DNA of 64,000 nt from Carpediemonas membranifera BICM (Eukaryota; Protista; Fornicata), in assembly GCA_019828565.1 (NCBI GenBank), contig JAHDYR010000040.1, forward strand, positions 1 through 64,000, written 5' to 3'. The position numbers were made by a program, and so were the translations under genes. The stretch's first letter is position 1, and every line of letters starts with the position of its first letter. Below the pieces are notes generated by a model that saw only the letters and a list, made by a program, of their open reading frames with translations, searched no databases and was not told where the DNA came from. This document shows positions 1 to 12,291 of this stretch, in pieces.

Positions 1-720
1 CATCCTAGATGCGAAGGAAAGAAGGATTTCTCTCGACAACGACAAGAGAGAGAAGTATCTTGCGAGGATAGAGGCCTCCATCCACAATCTTCCACAAGTC
101 GCATCAAAAGAGTACATGAAGCTGCTTGGCAACCTTTCGTCCGCCTCATTAGCTTTCCCCGATGGCCGCTCATGGATCCGCCCACTGCAAACTCACGAAT
201 CATCTGTCCAAGTCCTCGAGGCGCTACAACGATGGAAGTTCATGCTCAAGAGCACAGCATCCAGATCGTTCGAGGACCTTCTGGCAGTTTGGGGCGCGAA
301 GGAGACGCTCGACATCACCATCTCAACCGACGCAGCGATCGGTTCGATTGCAGCGATCATCTCCCAGACTGGGGCCAAGGAACCTGGTCACAACGCCTGC
401 CCCCGCATGTCACGTCGTCAGCCCACATTACCGAGCAGGAGTTTCTTGCGACGATGAGAGCACTAGAATTGTTGTTGGAGGACCCCACCATCATGAGCCG
501 GGACATCACGATATTCACAGACTCCATTGCGACGGCTGCGTGGATCAACCGACAGGGCTCGACCCGGGCCCCAGGATCCGTGTGCCGTGCCCTCCAGATG
601 ATAATCCCTCGGCTGGCAGAGAGAGGGCTCAGCGTCCACGCAGTACACGCCCAGGGTCACCTGAACGTCAGAGCGGATGCCTTGTCAAGGTTGGCAGACA
701 CCGCGAGGGATCCTCGCCCG
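1..720 (+). mobile_element. DIRS-like retrotransposon remnant (end of RT plus RNase H), frameshifted, runs off window start
   Basis: The frame from nt 2 reads ILDAKERRISL..MKLLGNL..STDAAIG. After a frameshift near 375 it reads QGTWS..HITEQEFLATMRAL..IFTDSIATAAWINRQGSTR..HAQGHLNVRADALSR, the DIRS1-type RNase H pattern. Confidence 0.8.
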
Positions 721-988
721 CATCATGACCAGGTGGGGCCCAGTTCAGGTGGACGTGTCAGGCCACCCCCACAAGGTGCTTCTACTACCAGCATTGAACT
801 CGAAACCATGAGTCCTATGAACACCGGCGCCATGCCCAACCCTCACCCCCGGTGGGGCCTGGGCGTGGTTTGAACATATACTGACACATAACTGGGTAAA
901 TACGTAAATGTTCCAATTCATCAGCACATGCCGAAGAATGATAATACAAGAGTGTTTATATTACAACAGCCAAGCTTCTCCTAAAGCA

Positions 989-3147
989 TTAGTAATTGGT
1001 GCGGCGGGTGACAGACCTACCACGCGCCACCTGCCGCTCCAACTTGCTCGAGTTCAGTGCCAGTCGGTCACGGTCCTTCTTGATGTCCCCAAACGCCTTC
1101 CTCAGCTCCCGCAGCGCCTCCACAAGCTCATCTCCGCGCCTCTTGAGTCGCACATTGACTGCTTCAATGCTCTCCCCGGGCATGGGCTGGAGTGGGATGA
1201 CGGCCTGGATCTCACGGACCCTCGCCTCCTTGTCTGCCGCAACCATCTCCTTGATCTCCTTTGCTCTCCGCGTGGTTGCTGCAGCAGTGGCCACACTCTG
1301 TTGGAACGCGCCGACCATCGGCCTCAGAGCCTCAGCAAGCTGCCTGTGCTCCATGTTCGCGGCAGCCGTGACAGTAGCCCGAAGGGACGAAATATGTCGC
1401 CGTACGAGCTTGATAGACTCGTCAAGGCCAGCCACCGAGAACTCAAGCGATTCGGGGCCAGTCGAGAGAAGCGGGGTCGCCATCAAACAGCGCGACGCTT
1501 CCTCCAGCGACTGTGTGAGGCTCCGCCGGGCACCGCGCATCCCGTCCAACACACCCTGGATGCCTGCGAGGCTCACGCTGTTCAGCTGGTCTGCGGCCAT
1601 CGGCGGCAGGGCGGGCAGAGCTGCGAGCTCGACAGCCCCAGCCTCGCAGCGGTCGGCCACGAACGAGCCGAGCTTGCGGATGGCTGCGACGCTCTGCTCG
1701 AGTGTATCAGGCAGGACTGTGCTGAAGGTGGTGGTGGCGGCATGAACCTCAGAGAGCGCCTTGACAAGCTCGGGTCTACCGTCAAGCCCGGGCATGCTGG
1801 CAAGTATCTCCATCATGCTGCCAAGGCTATCGACCAGACGCTGGCCATCGCCAAGAGCCTGCAGGTTAAGGCCCTCGACCTCTGGGAGCACATGGTCTTC
1901 GATCTCATCGCCCAGATCCCGCTGCAGCCGGGAAAGCTCAGCCCCAACCTGCACGGCTATCGCGGGCTGACCGTCGCTCTTATACCGGGCTGACCACATC
2001 GCCTTGACACCCTGGTACCAGTCGATCACGCCCTCGATCGCCTCCATCCTCTCCGTGAGCTCTGCAGCCAAGACCTGGGCGTTCGACTCCAGGCTCTCAA
2101 GCTGTGAGGCGGCCTGGGCCTGGTTTGTCTGGAGTTTCCTCATGAGAACCGGCAGCGCTGCCCTGAGCGCGGCAGTGCCGTTAACGGCCTTGTGGAGCGA
2201 CACATCCGCATGCGTCACCTCCTCGCCGAGCTGGGTGATGTCTGCCTCAACCGTCCTCAGCACATCCGTCGCAGCGGTGGGGGGTGCGGCTGCAATTGCC
2301 GAGAGCGCCTTCATCCCGTCCTCAATGATTCGAACTGGGTCTGGCGCGGCGGCGTGGGGCACAGGGAGGTCGGCAGCAGGCCCGCCTAGGGCTGTGAGCG
2401 CCCTGGCGTAAGCATCAGCCCTAAGCTGGATGTCTCTGGCAAACTCCTCCTTGGCCTTCTTCAAACGAAGCTCCATCTTTCGTTGGGCCGCGTCCGAGTC
2501 TGCGAGAGCGGCCTCTAGACTCTTAATGTCCGCCGCAGCCTTCAGCTGGGTACGTTTCATCGCCATAAACTCGTCCGCGGAGCACTGCTCCTTCGGCTTT
2601 GGGATGGGCAGGGTCTGCATGGAAGAGTCGACCATCGCCCGGGGCCGGGGCGGCTTAGGGGTAGGCTGAGGCTGCGTCTGTACACCGGCAGCGAGTAGTT
2701 CAACGAGTTCCTCCTCATCTTCGTCCTCAGGCTCGTCAACCAGTTCTTCCGTCGAATCCTTCTGGAATATGCTTTCATCGAACGCATCGCCGTCCACAGT
2801 CTCAAGCAGATCCGGCTCCTCGACTGGATCGGCCACGAGCTCGGTCTCTGGATCATCTGCCGTCTGCTCGGGCGGCTGCTCACTAGACATGGGCGGCTGG
2901 GGTGCCTTGTGAGACGGTGGAGCGTCTGCTATCTCTATTTCCTCGACATCCACGTTCAATGGAACATCAAAATGTTCGTTTGAGGCTTCAATCGTCGGCT
3001 GGTCCTTGGTTTCGGTATGATCGACATCTATGACACCGCTGGCAGTTGGATCGGACGCATTTTCAGCCAGAAGATCCTTCTTCTTCGAAGATTTCTTCTT
3101 CTTGCCTGTGTAATGTGTTCAAACTCTTTCAAACCAAGTAAGCCCAT
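989..3147 (-). CDS. Long coiled-coil protein with acidic N-terminal region; 29-nt intron 3106-3134; N-terminus MGLLGKKKKSSKKK
   Basis: The 656 aa ORF stays open upstream to 3105. A GT..ACACAG intron with an in-frame TGA joins it to ATG at 3147. Confidence 0.75.
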
Positions 3148-3434
3148 CGTCGTCGTTGTTGGGGTTAGGTGCAGCGAGATAAAAATTTGTGGAGTCAGTC
3201 ACATGGCGCTGATTGGGCTGCCGACTGGGCCGGTGTCGGTGCTAATGAGGGAGGGTTGGCTCAGTATCAAGCTCTTTTCGCACTAATCAGTTGATTGACG
3301 AGGTCAAGAATATGCAGGACGACATCATTTGCCAGACCCACAACGTGTCAAAAAGGCATTACATACAATTGTATCCACCGCATCATAAGCCCCCTGCCTC
3401 ACTTCATCTCCATTAACCATATACTAGGTTACAT

Positions 3435-5607
3435 TTAATCGACCGGGACGGGCTGGGGCTCCGGTACGTCGCTCTCAGTTTCCGCCTCGATGGCCGCAGC
3501 CTCCTGCCGCCCAACCAGGGTCAGCGGGTCCACGAACCGGTCATCGCTCTCAGACATCCAGCCGCCGATGACGGCGACCAGGTCGACCAGGCCGTCCGCA
3601 TCCAGAGACAGCGTGTCGAGGGCAGTGAGGGCAAGCTTCACGCCAGTCGGGGTCTGCGACACAGGGCCGAGTCGGGCGGCCAGGACGGCGCGGACGCCGG
3701 CCTTGGTGTTTGCATGCTCGTCGCCCACAAGCCACGCTACCAGCTGGGAAATCGCACTGGCCTGTGCCTTCAGACGCCGTACAGCGAGGGCGATGAAAGG
3801 TCTGCGCCCCCTTGCCTTGGCATCATTGAGGGGGGCGATCAGGTTCTCCTTCTGGAGGGCAGTCACCTTCCGCTTAATCGTTGTCAGCGAGGCGTCCAGC
3901 CCAGCCACGGAGCCTGGCGTCTCCGCGTGCAGTATATCCCCAATGTTGACACTGACCGGCACGAGGTCCCTGAGCAAGGGTCGAGCTGGGCCCCGGTCTC
4001 GCGCCTCTGCCGGCTGTGGTCGGGCGGGACTGCCCATCCGCCGCATGCAGGTCGGGTCCCGGAGCGGGTAGGGCGACTTCGACTCCTTGGGAGTCAGTCG
4101 GGCTGTGGCTGCCAGGGGGCGGGCCGGCGAGGCAGTGTGGGTGCCAGTGAGCCGGGGCGTTGGCCTGTGCTCGAAGGCGGGCTGCGGGAGTTGGGGCTGT
4201 TCCTGTTCGGTCTCGTCGCCCCGTTGCTCTGGCGAGTCGTGCTCCTCGGCCCGGACCTCAGCCTGCTGCTCCACCACGGGCGGGCGGGTCTTCTTCTTGC
4301 GGGCGTCCCGTGCTGCATGCGCCAGGATTTCGTACGCCAGTGCTGCGGCAATGAGCCTGCCCTCGAGCGGCAGACGGGGCAGCTGCTCGATGTCGAGGTC
4401 CCGTTTTCTGGCGAGCAGGTCGGCAGTGGCCTCGTCCGTCGCCCTCTCTTCTCCGACGCCCTGCAGCACCTCATGGGCCCTCATGCTGATGACGCTGGCC
4501 AGGTAGTGGGCACCACGGACGTCGGGCGAATTCTTGTTCGCGGTGTCGAGCTCGAGCTTCTTCATGAGGAAACCCAGCGTGACTGGGTGTGCCGAGGCCG
4601 GCCTACGCAGGTCCATCTCAACCCTCTCGTCCGGCGTGGCCTCCATGTACGGTGCGAACAGGGCTCTGATGGGGACCGGATCGTTCATCAGGTTGGCCGC
4701 GTCCCTCTCGCTGCCGGGGACGGGGGACGCAGACTGGAGCAGGCCGTCCTCGAGGTGAGCGGGGGAGAGTCTGTCGAGGGTGCCGACAATGATCTTGCGA
4801 ATGTGGCTCGAGAAGGTGGGGTATGCCTTGACGCAGGACCGGTAGTACTTCCGGAACGCCCGGTCGGTTGCTAGGAGCAGCGAGAGAAGAATGGCTACCT
4901 CCACACGGCGTGCGGCGAAGGCCTGGCCGATGTCCGAAGGCTGGTGAGAGTAGTACTCGTGGATGGTCGAGTCGATCGCCTCTAGGTCCGCATCGCGGAG
5001 GGAGCTCGAGTCCATGAAGAGTGAGACGGGCTGTTCGATGATACGAAAGAGGTTGGAGATGAACTTGTTGTCTGCTCCGCGCAGGATTACAGGGATCGAG
5101 GTCTTGGGCGTCTCGGGACGGCCGTACTGAGCCAGGACACGGAGAACCATGACGGAGCGGTAGGAGAGCACCGCATCCATCAGCAACATGCACCGCTGAA
5201 CACCTTTGAGCCCGCCAGACTGGATGAACTTGTCTGATGGAGAGGGGGTGATTGCTGGGGTCGCGTCGAAAGAAAGAAGCACAAGGGATGCGATAAGCTC
5301 CATCATCGCATCTAGTACGGGAGCGGAGGTTTCTATGCAAAGCTGTCGCCCAATAAGGGACGCAATATCATGTTCTATGAAGAGATCTAGCATTTTCCTG
5401 TCGTCTTCCATGTTCTGCTGCGACGAAAGGATGTCTGACAGGTACATCACTGATGCCAAGCGGATAGATGATTCGTAGCTGCTCGACAGTGCGAAAGACA
5501 CCTGCTGGAACTGCAACGGGAGCTCGATCATGATCTGTTGGTGCAGAATAAGACCGATGCGTTGTTACGAAATTCTGACCGGCTCGCAGCAAAGTACCGG
5601 TACGCAT
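3435..5607 (-). CDS. Hypothetical helical/ARM-like protein (~710 aa); probable 34-nt intron 5535-5568
   Basis: 698 aa ORF 3435-5531. Upstream exon MRTGTLLRAGQNF joins in frame through GTAACA..CAACAG. Confidence 0.65.
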
Positions 5608-5831
5608 TAGGCTGTAGCGCTGATTAATCGACGGCTTCGGCTTTCTTTACCTTCCCTGGTAGTCCGACTAAAAGAATCCGCGGTTTGAGGGCTGGGTTTG
5701 CGGAAGTAAACGGGTTTACAAGCAGTTCCACCATATAAAATAGCATAAAATGAGGTCAGAAAGCCTCGGGTGGCTCGGGTACTGAGAGGTCGAGCGTGCG
5801 AGTGTGAGGGCGGCCGGCCGTTCACCCAACT

Positions 5832-6170
5832 TCAACGTCTACCGCGCACCCACAACGCATAAGCCTCTTGCAAACACACCGGCTTGATATCCCCAGCCTC
5901 GGTGGAGCACTCAGACGGCAGTACTGCGCCGATTGACGAGGCGGATGTGAACGGGACGACAACAAGATGGTTAGCACCGCAAAGCATGATGCCTACTGCT
6001 ATCAATCCAGCCCCAAATATGGAAATGATCGATGATAGAAACACTTTGTCCGGAAAAACGACCACAGAACGCATCATGTCGGTGGGCACGACAACGAAGA
6101 CAGCGTATAGCGCAAAAAGCACCCAGACAAACATACCAGCTGCTAAAAAGCGATACTTTGCTGCATTCAT
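5832..6170 (-). CDS. Small two-TM protein, PIG-P-like (GPI-GlcNAc transferase subunit)
   Basis: Two hydrophobic segments with LYAVFVVVP..FPDK..N....PF.S..SI spacing resembling PIG-P. Confidence 0.45.
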   Translation of the reverse strand: MNAAKYRFLAAGMFVWVLFALYAVFVVVPTDMMRSVVVFPDKVFLSSIISIFGAGLIAVGIMLCGANHLVVVPFTSASSIGAVLPSECSTEAGDIKPVCLQEAYALWVRGRR

Positions 6171-6567
6171 CTCTGTAGACGTGCCAATTTCTGTGTTACC
6201 CGTCTGAACGAGGTGCACTTTATGTAGAGTCTAGTGTTGTCGCGTCTGTGCTCGTCTGTTACGCGCTCATCTGTCGTCTATTGCTGGCGTCTGAAGCTCA
6301 TGTCGTCGTCTTCGTCATCTTCGTCTGGCCAAGACAGACCCGGCCAAGCTAACCAACCGTCTCTTAGCTGAGCACATCAAGACAAGCGGGGCCCAGCCCC
6401 TACCCGAGGTGGCGGCCGAAGCAGAGACGGCCCGGGTTCCAAATGCCCGGACTGGCTCGCAATAAACCAAAGCGGAGAGACCCCGTTTACTGTGCCTGTG
6501 TGACTAATTCCCGAGGGAAGCCTGCGAACTCTTCTCGACTTAGACACGAGCATTTACTGCGCATCGT

Positions 6568-7518
6568 TCACCCGAGGGCCTCGAGCTCCGCCTGAGCCTT
6601 CAGCACAGTCGCCTCAGTCACACCGCTGAGCCCGATGACCTTGGTCCTCACCTCAGCCTCCGCACCCTCGCTGACGGCCAGCTCCTTGTCGGTCAGTGCG
6701 ACGATGATGGCCGCCGCAGCCACAGTCTCGGACCGGTACGCCATCCCGCGGCCCTTCTCGGCAACAGAGTTTGCCCGGGTGCGCCAGAGCTTCTGCATGG
6801 GGAACGTCATGCCGTCGACGGCCCCGATCCGATCGAGCATCGAGTTGACGTCGGCATTTGCCACCCTCGTTTTTCCAGGGATGATGGTAACTTCGCTGCT
6901 CACCTCCCGGATGACCTTCTCGATCTTCTTCGGCGTGTACTCTGTGCTGTCCGCGCTCTTGCCGAACTCGGCCTGCAGGGCACGGCTGAGGTCCTTGAGA
7001 GACACAGACCCGCCCCGCTCGTCCAGGGCAAGACGGATGCATGCAGCGGCGAACATCTGGATGCTTCTGCCGCGGCGGGACTTGGCGGACCGTTTGAGGT
7101 AGCTTGTGTAGATGTTGACCGCGCGGGTGCTGATCTCCTTCGCCGGCTGGAAGTTGAAACGACGCATTAGGCGTTCCACTTCGCCCCTGAGCTCCTTGGT
7201 TGACTTCTCGATGCGTGTTTCCGTCGTCCCCGACCCGAAACCGCGGCCCGTGCTCAGGTGGAGGGAGCCGAACTCGTTCTCCTTGCCACCGACGCGAGAA
7301 CGGTCCTGTGACGATGAGTCATCAGCAAATGAGCGCCATTCGCTGGTCTTATCAATGTATTGCCCGACAACAATGCCGCATTCCTTGCATATGATGTCCC
7401 CAGCATGTGGCCGCTCCTCTGTGTTCGTCGAGCCGCATTCAGGGCATTCAACCTGCTTTTCTTGCATAACATTCGTCCGTACCGACACCAAGGGCTTTCC
7501 GGCCCATCCGCTGCTCAT
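6568..7518 (-). CDS. TFIIB: Transcription initiation factor IIB
   Basis: Zn ribbon CPECGS..GDIICKECG, B-finger IDKTSEWRSF, cyclin-fold repeats with AAACI and AAAAI. Confidence 0.92.
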   Translation of the reverse strand: MSSGWAGKPLVSVRTNVMQEKQVECPECGSTNTEERPHAGDIICKECGIVVGQYIDKTSEWRSFADDSSSQDRSRVGGKENEFGSLHLSTGRGFGSGTTETRIEKSTKELRGEVERLMRRFNFQPAKEISTRAVNIYTSYLKRSAKSRRGRSIQMFAAACIRLALDERGGSVSLKDLSRALQAEFGKSADSTEYTPKKIEKVIREVSSEVTIIPGKTRVANADVNSMLDRIGAVDGMTFPMQKLWRTRANSVAEKGRGMAYRSETVAAAAIIVALTDKELAVSEGAEAEVRTKVIGLSGVTEATVLKAQAELEALG

Positions 7519-7620
7519 CGTCGAAAACCAATCGCTCTGACTCCCCGACAGTCGTCTCGCGTCTGACCCCTCTAGCCAGGCAACGATGCCCCACCCACTG
7601 TGTAAATCATGTAAATGGCT

Positions 7621-8169
7621 TTAATCGCTCTCAGCCTCGTTGTCGTCGCCCTTCGCTGAGTCCCCGGCGGCGGCGTTCAACTCCGACGCCTTGGCCTTCC
7701 ACTCGGCCACCCGTTCCTCGGACAGCTCCTTCCACTGGGTTGTCAGCTGGACCGTGTACTTGATGGGGAGCTTCTTCCCTGTGCGGCTCTCGTACTGCTT
7801 GCGGAGGGCGTACTGGAAGAGGGAACAGCCGGTGTAGCCACGAGGGCGCTTCTTGATGGCTCCATTGGCCTCCTTCTTGTCCTTCTTCTTCTCGGCCTTG
7901 ACGGCCTTCTCCTCCTCTCTCCAGGTGGGGTACTTCTTGTCGTAGGCGGCAATCTTCTTGTCATACTCAGCCTTTTCCGCGTTGTACTCATCAACGTATG
8001 GCTTCTTAGCAGCCTCATCTAGCTGAGACCACTCATTGCCCATCGCGCTCATGATCTCCTTGGCCTTGAGCTCGGGCCTCTCCTGCTTGATAGTAGGGCG
8101 CCTAGCAATCGTGAATTTGATGTATGGTTGCATAGGTTTCTTTGGCGGAGCCTCACGTTCTTCACCCAT
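7621..8169 (-). CDS. HMG-box protein (two boxes)
   Basis: PKKPMQPYIKF..RPTIKQERP..MGNEWSQL..KKPY, plus a second degenerate box. Likely start is MGEERE at 8169. Confidence 0.88.
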   Translation of the reverse strand: MGEEREAPPKKPMQPYIKFTIARRPTIKQERPELKAKEIMSAMGNEWSQLDEAAKKPYVDEYNAEKAEYDKKIAAYDKKYPTWREEEKAVKAEKKKDKKEANGAIKKRPRGYTGCSLFQYALRKQYESRTGKKLPIKYTVQLTTQWKELSEERVAEWKAKASELNAAAGDSAKGDDNEAESD

Positions 8170-8354
8170 TGTGTGCGACTGTGTAGCACGCCATAAACTG
8201 CCCCGAACATTCTGTCTTCGTTTAGTGTCACAGAAGCTTTTACAGCGATAGTAAGTGATGACAGATACCATTAAGCCCCCAGACACTGCAGATATAGCCG
8301 AATGGGCTTTATGGGGTGATGTCTGACGTGTCAGCGGGATCGCGCCACTCTGAA

Positions 8355-8970
8355 CGTGGCATACAACTCGGCCAACCTGCCAGCCCGGCCCCTGGCCACA
8401 CTTTACGTCGATACCGTAGGTCCGATCGATCGATCCGATCACGGTGTACCAGCAGAGGTACCTATAAGTGCAGCTTATGTAAACACATCCATTCTCTTCA
8501 CGCTTAGGGCTCCCACAGTTATAACTGCCAGACAACCCGATCACCGACGCGGCCGCCTACGTCCAAGCCCTGGACGAACACCTACAGTCAGTCGCCGAGC
8601 GAGCCGCTGACTCACAGGCGGACCATCTGCGCCGCCGCAAGATCACTCCAGACGACCCAGTCGCACCTGGCGATATCGTCCTGGCCCTGAACCCACGGCC
8701 GTCCAAGCTGCACGGCCACCTTGGCCCGTTCAAGGTCCTCGCAGTGCGCGACCACCACGCCATCAGCATCTCGCTACTGCTTGGCGGCGAGGAGAAGGTC
8801 ATCCACGCCGATCAGGCAATCCGAGTCGAGGCCACCGAGCCCAACGGCCAACTGGCCGCTCTCCAGGCCGGTGACGCCGAGGAGTACTACGTCGAAGCCA
8901 TCCTGGGCGTCGATGAAGCCGATCCCAGCCACCTTATCGTCAAGTGGCTCGGCTACGACGAGACTTCTCA
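8355..8970 (+). mobile_element. Deleted Ty3/gypsy integrase and chromodomain remnant
   Basis: TLYVDTVGP; GDIVLALNPRPSKLHGHLGPFKV (GPY/F region); EEYYVEAILG..LIVKWLGYDE (chromodomain). Confidence 0.8.
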
Positions 8971-9109
8971 ATATGTCAATATCAATATTTCCTGCCTTCC
9001 GTTACAACGGAATGATGCTCTAGTGGCCTCAATGCCATTAATATTATGTCTTTAACCTCCTCGGACGCCTTCTCCGGTCATACGCGTCCAGGAACCTCTG
9101 TACGTCCTC

Positions 9110-11990
9110 ATGCTCCGCCACATAGAGGTCCAGGTCTCGACGAGAAGGGCAAAGCTTAGACCTATGACGATCGAGGTCGAAGGAGAAGAGCCAGTACTAT
9201 CGTATCCTTACAGGAAGAGCAAGCCCCAAGAAGAGGAGATTGAACGCCAGGTCGCAGAGCTAGCGAGGATGGGTATAATAGAGAAGTCACGTAGCAAGCA
9301 CAACAGTCCACTGGTGCTGGCGAGCAAGAGAGGTGGAACCTGGAGGATGTGCGTAGATTTTCGGAAAGTGAACCTCCGTACGGCGCTCCAAAATGTCCGT
9401 TGCCGAAGATCGACTCACTGATAGAGTATGTTGAAGGTTGCAAACACTTCGCGTCTCTTGATATGAAGCATGCCTTCCACCAAGTACCACTAGCGAACCA
9501 ACAGACCAAGGAGCTGACTGCCTTTACGACCGCTTCCGGCAAGTACCACTACAATTTCATGCCGTTCGGCCTGAAGAACGCGGCTAGCCACATGCAGAGC
9601 GCGTTAGAGGAGGTTTTAGCCGGACTAGTCTACGTTTCGTGCCTAGTGTATCTCGACGACATTCTTGTCTTTGGCAAAACCGAGGCAGAGTACCGCGAGA
9701 ATCTCTTGAAGGTCCTAGCGCGTCTAGATGAGGCGGGAATAGTTCTCAATCCAGCAAAGTGCAAGTTCGACCTCACACAAGTGAGGTACCTGGGCTGGTT
9801 GGTGGATGGAGAGGGACGCAGGATAGATCCAGACCGCCTTGAACCAATCAGAGCCATTCAGACGCCCCATAACCTGAAATCCGTCCGGTCACTACTAGGG
9901 ATCCTCAATTGGTTCCGATCATTTGTTCCACAGTACGCTGACGAGACAGATCCGATTCTGAGTGTCATACGGTCGAAGACATTCTTCTGGAACGATGAGC
10001 AACAGGCAAGTCTCGAGCGAGTTAAGGACATTCTCCTCAAGAACGAAAACCAGTATCACTTCAGCTATGATCTGGAGACTGAACTCTTTACAGACGCCAG
10101 TGACCTCGGTGCTGGGGGAGTGCTCTACCAAAACCACGAGGGTCGACTGTGTCCAGTGGCCTATTTCGCTCACACATTTACCGCCGCAGAGAGAAGATGG
10201 TCAACCTACGAGAAAGAGGCGTTCGGCATCCTCTTTTGCGTGAGAAAGATGCAACGCTGTTTAATGAGTGTTCGCTTTACGATCCATACCGATCATCGAA
10301 ACCTAGTATTTCTCTGGAGCTCAAGCAATGATAAGGTTGCCAGGTGGAGGCTCGAGCTCGGACAGTTCGACTTCGACATCGTCCACGTTGCGGGCGAACA
10401 AAACGGTGTAGCCGACGCGATGTCACGCAATACCGTCCGCCTGGATCACTTAGAAGCGGACGAACGCCGTCAAATGATTGCGGAGGTGCACGGGGGAGCC
10501 CAAGGACACCTAAGGGCGCGAGAGGTTGTTAGGAGGCTTCGACTGGCGGACAAGTCTTGGAAAATCATGTGGAGCGACGTGAGAGCATTCATCAAGCAGT
10601 GCCCCATATGCCAACGCCTAGTCCCGCCCGCTACAAGAGCCACGTCGATGCTGAAAACGCTGAAGTTGACCCCGTTCGAGTGTGTTCAAATGGACACCAT
10701 AGGTCCTCTCACTGAATCTGGCGGTTGTAAGTACATAGTGGCTTGGATTGACGTCCTGAGCCGATTCACGAAGCTCTACGCGGTCGAGTCTACTGCGGCA
10801 ACAACAGCGGCGACGACGATAATTGACCTGGCCTCCAACTTCGGTCTACCCAGAATCCTGCAGACTGATAATGGTTCGCAGTTTAGAAATAATCTGGTGG
10901 CCGACCTGACTAGCAAACTCACTCTCAACCATCGATTCAGCACGCCGTATCACCCACAGTCCAACGGGGTAATCGAACGGAGAAACACTGAAATCATGAA
11001 GCATCTTCGAGCAGTTTTACTGGAGACGAGCTGTGAATGGCACGAAGCGTTACCGATTGTTCAGAACATTATCAATGGAGTCCCGAACGAAGACCTACAG
11101 ATGACACCGTTTGAGATCTTGTTTGGACACACAGACAGCAGGAGACCATCAGACGAGCAGTTAGAAGAAGCACTACAGCTCAGCAAGGAGACGAGGAACT
11201 TAGTAGCAGAGTTCAAGAAGGTGGTGACATTCTGCCAGGAGCGGGCTCGGCAGATCACCCAGCAAGTCATCAACGAGTCGCACGGAGAGGAGGAGAGCGA
11301 GTATCAGTACCCTATACAGTCTTGGGTTCTCGTACGATACGCTGGGAAGCCCCCGAAGCTCGGTCCTCAGATGCGTGGGCCGATGAAGCTGCTCGACCTG
11401 GCCGAGAAACGGGCGAGACTGGAAGACGTCGTCACAGGAAGCATCGTGACGGTACACATCGATAGACTGGCCCCCTTCCACACAACGCTGAGCAACCAGG
11501 AGGTCATCAACATGCTCGCTAGGGAGGTAGAACCCTACCACCAAGGTCATCATCGTCAGACACGCCAACCGCCTCACCAAGCTGTAACACCCCCCAGGCT
11601 CCATTGATGAGGCTCGTAAGATGTTCGAGTCCGATAACACCTGGAAGACAGTCGACCATGTGGTTGACTGGCGCTCAGACCCTGCGACCCACGAGCCCAT
11701 CTGCATGCTTCGCTGGCTCGGGTTTGAGCAGGACGAAGACTCCGAATTGCCCCTGAGCAAGGTCCGCACTCTCGATGCTCTCCTCAAGTATCGCGACCTC
11801 CACCCGCAGTTTGACAAGGCCTGCAAGCGCTACGAGAACGCTCATCCGGCCATGGACTCACGTCCGCGCACTCGCACTCCTCGTCGTTAACGCCGGTTCG
11901 GCCTCTGGAGGGGAATGTAGAGATCATTAAAGTGCACCCCGATCATTCGGTAGTTGTTTAAGACCACAGAATGAAATACCTTAAACTGCA
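9110..11990 (+). mobile_element. 5'-truncated, frameshifted Ty3/gypsy pol (RT-RNase H-integrase-chromodomain) with PPT and start of 3' LTR
   Basis: WRMCVDFRKVN, YLDD, TDASD, HTDHRNL, CPIC, QMDTIGP, QTDNG, IERRN, LRWLGF. Frameshifts near 9390 and 11535. GGAGGGGAA is followed by TG at 11916. Confidence 0.93.
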
Positions 11991-12145
11991 CCGATTTTTC
12001 AAGTGGACCAAGACCCGGCTGCCACCAAGCAGTGCCGAAAGGATGACAACCTGTGCCTCTACTGCGGTGAGCCGGGTCACCGCGTCGTCATGCGCCCCGA
12101 CAAGAAACCGAAGCCCACACGTCATCGGGCTCACAACCTGCGAGC

Positions 12146-12269
12146 TGTCAGGGTCCTACCCATTGTTTACATAGTTGATATATTTATTATTGCCATATTT
12201 ACCACAGCAGGGTCAAACCCTCTCTTCTTTGCTTTTACTAAAAGTTCTTCTAAGTCTTGACAGACCACA
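12146..12269 (+). repeat. 5' LTR (124 bp)
   Basis: Base-for-base identical to 17332-17455. Confidence 0.97.
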
Positions 12270-12291
12270 ATACTAGTATTCCCCTTTCATC

